Source: Fimicolochytrium jonesii (taxonomy: Eukaryota). From it: a stretch of 64,000 nt of DNA. Below, in pieces: positions 54,378 to 64,000 of the stretch. Position numbers and translations under genes: made by a program. The stretch lies in assembly GCF_025526975.1 (NCBI RefSeq), contig NW_026515671.1, forward strand, positions 1,116,001-1,180,000, in the 5' to 3' direction. The notes beneath the pieces were generated by a model. The model saw nothing but the letters and a program-made list of their open reading frames with translations. It made no database searches and had not been told where the DNA came from. Position 1 is the stretch's first letter. Every line of letters begins with the position of its first letter.

Positions 54378-54693
54378 ATCAACACGGCGGTATCTAGTGG
54401 TGGGAAGCGAGAGGTGGACTACAACAAACACGGTGATAGATGTTAGACTAGGGTGGCATCGCGATTTTGGTGCAGTGTCAGAATGATGAGAATGCATAAA
54501 GATGCCGCTCATATGGGAGTACGTGGTAGGTGACGCATATGGGGCGCACCAAATGTATATGTACATGTCCGTGCCTACAGAACTACGAAGGTCTACATTA
54601 TGGATATCTATGTACGACGGAGCAGAGGAAGGATACAGTGGTGATGTTACGCCGGAATACGCCAGAAAGTCTGTCCATCTGTCCGAACTCGGC

Positions 54694-57303
54694 TTACTTC
54701 CGTAGGAATCCGAGTGCTTTCTTCTTCAAATCCTTTGCCGCGCTGCTGGCGCTCGTGCTCGACGACGAGGAACCTGTTTCCTTCACCGCTGGCCTGGGCC
54801 GGCCCTTGGAAGACTTCGAAGCCCTGGAGATCGGGATAGGCTGGTTTGCAGCTTCCAGTTTCGCGATTGCCCTCGTCTCGCCGTTTTTCGCGGCGATTTG
54901 GTACCATTGTAGAGCCTTTTCCTCGCTCTTGACACATCCCACGCCCTTCTCGCAGAAATACCCTACAGCGTATTGAGCTTCGGCGTGGTTTTGCTTTGCA
55001 GCACGGTACGTCCATGCGTAGGCTTCGTGCTCGTTCTGCGGGAGAAGGTTGTCGAAGCCGTGGAGGTACCAGCCTGCTAGGACGAACTGCGCATCTGCAT
55101 TCCCATTTTCGGCGGCCCGACCGTACCAGTAAAGTGCGTCGCGCTGAAAGAGGAAAGATATGCGGGTAAGATATTTACGCTCCGAAAGTGGACTACATAG
55201 ACCGCGTTCAGTCTCACCATATTCCTAGAACACGTTAGCCGACCAAACTCTAAGCACTGCGCCAGTTTGTACTGGGCTTGCGGGTACTCCAGCTCGGCTG
55301 CCTCCGCATAGAGGCCAAACGCGTACGGCTCATCCTCTTGAATGTGTGGAGGTACGCCTTTCTCGAAAATCTTAGCAAGCTCATACAAGCATTCCGGGTG
55401 CTGTTTGTCCGCAACCGCGGCGCCTCTCTTGAACCACGTCACAGCTTTCCGCACGTCCCGCTTCCCTCCCATGTGGCCATGGAGCTCGATCATGCCCAAT
55501 CGATACAGTGCCGGTCGGTATCCGGCCTGCGCAGACTTTGTGTAAAAGTCCAAAGCGACACGGTAGCTTTTCTTGGTGCCTGCACCTTTTTCGTTCAACA
55601 TGGCGGCCAAGTACATGGCGCCGGGATGCGAGCGCTTTGCAGCGTTGAGCAATTGAGTATAGGCCAGGGAGTACTGGCGGTCGTCAAAGTAGGCTTGTCC
55701 CAGCGTATACTAGAAAAGCAGAAGGAGATGAGATTTTGACATCTCTACCAGTGTTGCCAAACTGCACCAAACTTACCATCGCATCAGAGTTTCCGTTCCT
55801 GCTCAACTCCCGCAAAACAGCATAGGCCTCCTCCAGCAGACGTTCCTTCAGAGCAGGTTCTGACGCTTTGCCACTTTCCTCTAGACAGAATTTGGCAAAG
55901 CTAAACTTCAGCTTATCATCGTTGCTTTTCAATGCGTTGGCCTTGTAGAGCTGAAGCGTGGTTTCTATCGACATTTTTGTAACCTTTGAGGATGGCGGGC
56001 CGCCAGGAGACGGGCCATCCGGTATTCTTACTGCCAATTTGCGAAAACTGGGCCGGGGCTGAAGTGTCGTCGAGCCATGTAACTCTGAAACTAAGGTTTC
56101 CGGATTGCTTGAACTTTGAGAGGAAGCCACCGTTGGAGCGGATTGCGCAGCCGGGTCCGTTGGAAAGTCCATTGCTGCGTCCTGTGATTTTTGGGATGCG
56201 CCGTCTGAAGGTGTAGAATCGATAGGGGAGATAGGGGAGTTCAGCGACCCGACAGTGTCTTCATCCGAGGTCTCAGAGATGCTATCTGATAGCGTAGACT
56301 CGGCTGGGACTTCCGCGCTTCCGGCTTCCTTGCCTTCGGCTGATATCTTTGCTTGAGTTGCTGAATCCCCTTCCCCCTCCGGAACTGGTGATAGTTCCGC
56401 TATACGCGGCTCGAGATCACTGTGCACGTCTTCATCTGCTTCCGCTTTTGCCATGTTTTCGGTGGCTTCCGGCGCGAGGTAAAAGTGGTCGGAGGAGGCA
56501 AAGGATGCCTTGTGGCTAAGGCCTAACATTTCCGGTACGGGCAAACCAGTGTTCAGCGCTAACAGTGAGGTAGTCCGGGAAGGTCGTCTTGGGGCGCATA
56601 TGTCGTCAGTTAAATGCGCTGACCCATTCATATGCGCACTTGCAGCTGCACCGACAATCGATTTGTCGGCTTCGTTATTCGCCAGGGCTCTTTGATGGCT
56701 CTGAAGTTCGTTCCGTGGTGGTCCTAGAGGGCCGGCGTCCACAACATTCGTGAAAGTCGTTGGATGACCCTTCAAGCTGAAGCTTGGAGCCTCAGAATGA
56801 ACTTTCGACACCGCACCAAGCACGTAGGGCGCAACTCCTGGATCGGCCTGGAATGAGTAAGGCCTGGGCTTTATTGGCTGCGTTTCTTCAATATCAGTGG
56901 AAGAACCAGCCGCTACGGCCGGTACCACTTTAGGAGAAGGATCCTCCTTCCGCTGTATCAGCGACTTCTTACGCAGCGGCGACTGAACCGGGGTGGGATA
57001 TTGACTACTTGGGCCCGCCTTTGGCGCAAATATGAGATCTTTAGGAGGAGGCGTTGGAGGACGAAACGCTTTGGCCGTTGCTGCCGCTGCGACAACAGCA
57101 CTTTTATCTTGTGATATCATAGGCGAGGTATCGGAGCTCCTGGTGGCGCCTCCTGTTGAGGAATTCGACGGTGAAGTGCCCGCGGGTAATGCATCCGTTA
57201 CGTCTACAGTTGCGCTCAACGACTTTGAAAACGGGTTAGACTAGGTTCAACCTCGGAACGCGGATATGCACTTCGTATTCCTTACTTGAGTGGATGGTGT
57301 CAT
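54694..57303 (-). CDS. Sel1-like repeat protein, Chs4/Skt5 chitin-synthase-activator-like
   Basis: Long disordered N-terminus, then tandem SLR repeats (AAKRSHPGAMY, ALYRLG, AQYKLAQCLEFG, AQYAVGYFCEKGVG..ALQWY). The 3' end could be extended by splicing because a GTAAGC donor overlaps the stop codon. Confidence 0.82.
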
Positions 57304-58624
57304 TGAGGTGCTTCTTGGGTATGGTGCCAGCAATGGCTTCGAAGAATCTCCTGCCTCTTTGAGCGAGACCGCATCACTTATGGAGGCTGGCATGGCGTTG
57401 AGTACTCAGTGTTATGAAGAGTGTTTCCCAAGAACGAAGGCAGTTATTACGGCCCAAAGTTGAAGTTTGCCACATATATAAAAACGGCGAGGAGGTCCAA
57501 GTTGGTGGTCGTTCATCGAAATTCAAAGCTGGTGCGGCCTCATCATGTAGCCATAAGACGCCCTTGAAAATCATTGGAAACCACTTTAGTGGCCCAGCAA
57601 ACCCCAGATTCCCAGAAAGCATTGCCCGGTCGACGGTAGCCTCTATATCTACCGGCCTCCTCCCGGGAAGAAGTGGCAAGCACCAGAGAATATGGGCTCG
57701 GTTGGAACTCGGACCTGTGTTGCCGTTTCTTCCCTGGTGCTGGGAAGGAGGAGCTGGAACAGCGTCAGATTTGGCAGCGGCGCGTGGTGGCGCTCTAACC
57801 TCGTCATTTCAGTCGAACGCGAATCTTATCAACGATAACCGCTCACCGCTCGGCATTGAGGCCAGGTTTGAGGGCCCACACTCCACAGCAATGTAATTTC
57901 GAGGGCCCACAGCAATTGAGTTTTGAGGACCTTGACGGGAGTGCAACGGACCGGGAAGGACGACAAGGGCATATTATGCACCGGACTTGCACGTCTCTCG
58001 GTAACTCAGCGAGGTTCGCTTTTCATCTGTGATCTGTGACGAGTAAAAGTACTGTACCCATCTTCAAGTCGAGAGCCATTCTTCTTCCCACGCCATTCGA
58101 CGACTTTAGGAGTCCGGGTTCCTGCTTGCCATTCCCCATACCGATAATAGCCTAGTTTCATGAATGTCGCTCGCCACCGTCGTTCAAATGGAAGAACCAG
58201 TTCGTAGGCAGGTCTCTGAATTCGGCCACCAAAGAATTCGCATGTGCGCCCGACATGCTTTGCTTCTATTGTCGTGAGGCCATGGCGACATTGGAATGCA
58301 ACGCACGTCCGGCGCACTGCGTTTCTGAACGAAATGAGAAGCTCCTCTTAGCGAGAGATCCGAGTTGACCCCGAACAGCGTGGAGCACCGCAATGACGAT
58401 ATCCATCCTTGCACTGTGAAGTCGTGGCTTCGCCCCTTCTTCTGAAGACAAAGAATATGCTTCACGTTGGTCTGGATCGTGCACTTGGGAAAACGTTCGA
58501 AGGGATGTTGTTGATGCAGACAATTATTCTGCTGGACGTGAACAACCTTAGCAGCACGAGCGGCTCGCGGCAGTCACATTTCCGTCAAAGCTCGCAGGAT
58601 TCATAGAAAGCGGAACGCTGGAGG

Positions 58625-58662
58625 AGGTGGAGTATTCCTACTACAGGTGGAGTATTCCTACT
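58625..58662. repeat. Intergenic direct repeat: 18-bp perfect unit at 20-bp period
   Basis: aggtggagtattcctact at 58625-58642 and again at 58645-58662. Confidence 0.9.
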
Positions 58663-59859
58663 GTAGGTATGACTGGGAGCGGCATAGCTCCTGGCATCAA
58701 TGATCCCTCTTGGACTGAAGAGCCTAAATTTAAAGTTAAATGTGATGCTTCTCAACTTCGCACGCACATTGGGGACATACTCTGTTTTGCATGTATCTAT
58801 AAGAAAGCATATCATGACCAGTGTGCCATGCTTTGCTCAAATTAGTGTCCCCAAATGCAAAGAGAGAGACATGCTATCTCGGGAACGGCACTCTGGCCTC
58901 AACTTCCTACGATTGTCTTGGGCATCCAAAGGAAATATGCGTGGAGCTTTGTGAACGACAAAACGTCTGCCTCTCCGTCCTCCCTTACCGTACACGGTAT
59001 GCATCCCTCATCAACGACATCGAGTTCGAAGGGAACGAATTCGCAGTACTAGAACATTCGTCAAAGTGGAGGAGGGCGGTGGGAGCGCATGCGAGGCGAA
59101 AATGCTGCTCCCTGCTGCCCAAATGTTGTCCGATCTCAAAAGCGTCCCTCGTCTTCCACCCACTATCAACGATTGAACATGAGATGCCTCAAGAGTCATG
59201 ACCATCATCCGCCGTCGATTTCCGCCGTCTTCGGAGGCTGAAATAGATATGTTCATATCTATCATATGTGGAGAAGAACGTAAGGCCTCCCAGAGAAAGC
59301 GATGGAGCGGGTCCCAGAAAACGATCAAAGAGCCTCGCGTGCAAGGCAAATTTTTTATGGCAGGATCCGCACTGAATTTGAAGATTCATTTTTTGAACCG
59401 TGGATAGCGGACCAACGGTGACGGGAGGCCAAATCAATTGCATCTCTTTCATAATAGCTGGGCGCTCGTGCGTTGTAACGCTGTGGAGTTGGGGCCCGGA
59501 ACACCAGCGAATCCATCGTGACGAGGCTTTTGCGGTGTGGGAGACTGCCCACATGCGAACAATGATGATTACCGCCGACGGGATACTGATGAGACAAATA
59601 ACGCAAAAATTTCGAAAGCTGCGGCCTGGCGGACGATGTTGACCTTGAACTGATGGATATTGACCTTGCACTGCCCAGCCCAGCCAATGGATGTAGTCCA
59701 AGCCCAGTCCCATCATACATATATACGTGAGGTTGCATTGCCAGCCTTATTCATTCCAGCAGTTTAGTCAAGAGGTTGAAGTAGAATAACGCAAAGTAGT
59801 GTCAGACAATATCGTTGGCAAAAGTCCTCACTCCATAGCCCTCGGAAAGCAACGACGAA

Positions 59860-62512
59860 ATGGCGCCCGTACCAACACCAGTCCGCTCCGACACCTCCAA
59901 TGGCGACGGGCACGTTGGCAGCAAGCAGCAGGTTCTGCAAGCCGCAATGTATGCGGAACCGGAATTCGACGCCACAGTCGAGGAAGCCAACTCTTCCGTT
60001 CCCCAGTATGCTCATAACACCGGCCTAGTCGACTTTTCGAAGCTGGACTTTTCGTCTATGAGCCCTCAGGAGATTGAGCAAATGTATATTGGTACGTAGT
60101 ATGGCAGCCAAATCCTTCCATTGAATTGTTCAGGAGATTCCGGCGCTTACATGGCGACTCTCCTTTACAGCATCGATCTCTCAGGCTAACCAAGTGCAGT
60201 CGATGCCGGCGACGGCCGATAAACATCGCTCGGCAACCATGTTCAACCCCACCACCTTACCTACCTCAACCAATGGTCTCTCTTGGGACAACCATCCTTC
60301 AACAATGATGGTAAGAGAGAGCCGCAAAATCGTGTATCCGATCCGCTCCCGCTAATGTGTTTGCCCGTTGCAGGTACATCTCGAGGACATCGTCTTACGA
60401 CGCCCCGTGAACAACATTCAAGTGCGCTTCTCATTTCGCCATAAGAGAGTGAAAGTGGACTCGGCACCTTACCCCCATGGACACCGAGAGCAAAAGCAGA
60501 AATTCGAATGCAACTACCATTCCTTGCTGTTCGACCACTTGAAGGTTGATATATATGAGGGAGGATTCTTTGGATCGCATATCGGGCGTGTGCACATTCG
60601 ATTGTCCCGACTGCCGCAACTCCTTGGCGACTTGGAACAGTGAGTGCCATTTGATGGACTGCCCTTGTTTCTGTGAGGTCGGGTTTAACATGTCATAATT
60701 TTGCAGCACATATACCCTGAACCATCGCAAGGCCCATCGCAGCTCCAAGCTGGCCAGCAAAGACATTGGTGAAATTACCATCGGATTCAGCTTCATCGGC
60801 GCGCGTCGCGGCGGTACATTGACTCGCAGCCAAAGCGCGAGCAGCCGCCATGGCCCCTCGGACGAGAGCATGTTGCTCGACAAGATGATTGGATCGTCCG
60901 AAGAGGAAATGCAAACCAGCGAATACATGGACTACTACCAGCAGATGCAGGCGCAGGACGCTGACATGTATGGAGACATGGCTTCGGAGACGAGATCGAT
61001 GATCAGTATGCGAAGCACCGCCAGCTCCGCGACGACCGCAACTTCCAAGAGGAGACGGAAGAGGATCATCGCTGAGAACACCATGTTGGGAATCAAGGAG
61101 GTTGCGCAGCTGGCCTCGGCTTTCTTCGGTTCGGGCTGGAAGTTGAACAAGATGGAGATCGCCAGATCGATGCTCTTTGTGCAGAAGTACTACCAGAAGT
61201 TCCATCCCAAGTAAGTTCATCTGGATGAAAGCCAAAGCTTATCTCTTATTCATGACTGACGCATTATCTCTCTCAGCGCAATGACAAATGACGTAGTCAC
61301 AGACGGACGTCAAATCCGTGTGGCCTGCTACTTCTTGAACTATGCGATGTGCGCATATGGTTCCCTGCTCATGAACTTCTTCGGCTACGGAAAGGGCTAC
61401 CTTCGTGATGCTGCTCGGCCCAAGATGGATTCGGCCACGGCTCGCGAGCACTTGGGATTGGGGAAGAACGACATGCTTGCCTGGGACTTTCAGTTGGAGC
61501 TTTTCAAGCCTCAAGTTTTCATTTGCCGGGACCCGAAATTGAACGCTATCGTCATTGCCATCAGGGGAACCTTCGTAAGTATGACGATCTTCATATGTTC
61601 CTGTGAAGGTTGATACTGACGTGCCTTACTCCTCTAGAATCTCCATGAGATGATTGTGGATATCACCGCTGAATACACCCCGTTCTCCCACGGTTACGCC
61701 CACAAAGGCATGTTGCGCTGCGCTGAGTACCTCGAGCTCCACTACCTCGATCGAATCAAAGCCTGGGTCTCGCAGTACAAGTGCTCCGCAATCTACGTCA
61801 CCGGTCACTCTTTGGGAGGCGGTGTCGCGTCCCTCCTCACGATGATCCTCACCAGCCACATTCCGGAACTCCGTCAACTGAGCGACAACCGCAAGTTCAA
61901 GCTCAAGTGCTACAACTACGGCTCGCCTCCGAGTGTGAACGCCGAATTGTGTGAAGAGTTCGAACCTTACATCGAAACTTACATCAACGAGAACGACCTC
62001 GTTGCACGGTCCAGTTGGGGAGCGGTGTGCGATTTCAGGGACCTCATCTTGAAAGGACACGACCTGTTGAACGAGAAGAAGCTCTCGACGCAGGACCGTA
62101 TGGAGCGCCTTGCGGAACATCATACCCATCTCAAGGAATCCAACGAGCACCCGAAGGTCTTCATTCCGGGCAAAATCTTCTACGTCTACAAGTCTACCCG
62201 CGTATTCTCCTCCACCAGTCGACCACGGAAAGATGGCCAGGCACAACGCGAGATCACGGGCAACCCATTGATTGACGACCCTACGCCCCATTATCTGCTG
62301 GAGCGATCGACTAAGGAGTTGTTCTGCAATATACAGTTCAAAACCAACTTCTTGATTCACCATATACCGAACAAATATAATCATTCCTTGAGGATGGTGA
62401 GTTCCTACGCGTTGTGAAATCGGTCCTGTTGCTGGCAAGTGTTAACTCAAGTCGTCCGTAGGCTCACAACTATCTCGAGGAAAACGAAGACCTGCACGAG
62501 GGAGACCTATGA
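59860..62512 (+). CDS. Class-3 lipase (DAG-lipase-like catalytic domain) with an N-terminal C2-like domain
   Basis: C2-like exons (LKVDIYEGG..HIGRVHIRL...GEITIGFSF), then IVIAIRGT, HKGM, GHSLGGG, YGSPP, NENDLVAR, PGKIF and HIPNKY. Multi-exon. Confidence 0.88.
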
Positions 62513-63264
62513 GTCTGGGAGCTCGCTCAGGCCCGTACCTTGGCGTAAACGCATCGCCTTATCGTGGCACTGGCGGCAGTAGTACAGCCGTCGTCGCCCT
62601 TGATCTCTCACGGCGTATAGTTCCACCCTCACCTGTATCAAGTGTATGTTGACATTGTCTCCATTCGTTGGCACACCTCCACATAATCCAGACCCTCGTA
62701 TATACTTTTTTGTAGTTCCCCTTAATACGTAGATAATATCCTCGACGCTCGTAGTAATAGAAAATGTACATCACTCTCGACTTTCCTTCGAACCTAATCA
62801 AAATATCGAATCTGACATCTACACCAAATCAGGAGTTGGAGGGCTTGGTTCCGTGTTGGGGGCACTTGGCCTGCGAGCCGCTGGGCAGTCGGAGCTCAAC
62901 CTCAAAAGTCTTATCATGCTGATTATCAGCCCTTGTCCTCCGCCAGTATCCGTCACGCTTTGGAGTTCCGAAAGCTGGATGATACCCGCCATCCACGTTA
63001 AGGGAATCAACTATCCAGCTGAAACGGTCGATAGATGTGCCGCGGCACCGGGTTAGAACAAAGTTCCTTTCAGCGTCAAGGGGCAGTCTTCCAGCTGAAG
63101 ATAGGCCGCAAGGCCAACACCAATTTATTCCCTGAAGCGTTGTCTCAGTCTTCGTGCGGTATTGCAACGGAAGACCGGCTTGCCAGAGTGCGGAAGCTGG
63201 TTACATGTGGAGTGGATCTATCACTGATCTACATATGATCCCAGACAGTCACAGGAAACGAGAT

Positions 63265-63865
63265 CTACTCGTCGGTGCGGACAATCTGGGCGGCGATACG
63301 GTCCAAATCCTTCTGTCCGTCTTGGGAGATACGACGCCCGCTAGAAGGATACTATGATTAGCTCCGAGACGAGGGTACTTTCCTGAGCCAGTACAAAATC
63401 TCTCGCAACTCACCCAGTGGGGTCCTGCTCAAGCACCTTGATCTTCTCGAGAGCCTGCATGACCTTACGGGCAACGGAGCCAGAGGCAATGGCGTGGTGA
63501 TGGGGCCTGTTGCCACGGTTTTGACGGCCACCGTAGTTCTTCTTCAAAGCACCGACACCGACACCACTGCGGAGGTAGATGTGACGGGCGACGGAAGCTG
63601 ATCGTGTGAGAGTGGGTTAGTTCAGACAACAGGCAGTGACCGAACCCCTGCCCGACGAAGCCCTTCCTGTGGGATCACAACACATACCAGCACGGATGTA
63701 GAACCAGTCCTGGTCGTAAGGAGCAAGCTCCTTGTAGGTAGCGGTCTTGACGAGGTCAACCCACTTGGGGACCTCGAGCTTACCGGTACGCTTCAAGTAG
63801 GCAGCGTAAGCCTTGACGAAAGCGTGAGCGCTGACGTCCTTGACGGTGACACCTCCGCTGGACAT
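63265..63865 (-). CDS. RPS19: 40S ribosomal protein S19 (eS19), 3 exons
   Basis: [11 protein letters not shown]...[43 protein letters not shown]...[21 protein letters not shown]. Confidence 0.97.
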
Positions 63866-64000
63866 TGTAATATGCGATCCTGTAGCTTGAAGCTGCGAAA
63901 TTGGCGAAGAGGGAGAGAACAAGAAACCGGTCTGGCCTACCATTTTGGAGCAGAGTGCCCAAGCCCTTTGAACGCCACGTCCGCCACACGGACCGCGCTC

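Noticed and set aside
58625..58662. Direct repeat as a CRISPR array
   Set aside because: Only two copies with a 2-nt spacer, a eukaryotic context, and no cas genes.

Overview
Gene-dense eukaryotic genomic DNA with many short (~55-100 nt) GT-AG introns. I can support about 24 protein-coding genes. I saw no rRNA, tRNA, CRISPR array or transposon. Flagellar genes (CCDC146/MBO2, AK7) sit beside fungal-type genes (Sel1-repeat chitin-synthase-activator-like protein, proteinase-K-type subtilisin, Tgl2-like lipase), which points to a zoosporic (chytrid-type) fungus; this taxonomy is inference. Most genes are housekeeping (CDK1, ESS2, RPL36, ZNF207/BuGZ, RNA14, eIF5B, CWC15, RPS19). I found no new multi-gene system, and the best leads are single-gene or regulatory anomalies: (1) an otherwise intact CLC-3/GEF1-type gene whose gating glutamate is Gln (GSQGP) and whose central Tyr is Phe, suggesting a naturally uncoupled Cl- conductor; (2) a cluster of E2F- and SBF-type sites upstream of CDK1; (3) an unusually long 330-nt intron in RNA14; (4) a Pof8/LARP7-like protein with a degenerate La motif; (5) a bacterial-type Dph6-like ATP pyrophosphatase, a possible horizontal transfer; (6) an AASDH-type A-T-PQQ NRPS-like enzyme with an altered P-loop. 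Exon boundaries were read by eye from splice signals and protein motifs. Family calls come from motif recognition, not database searches.
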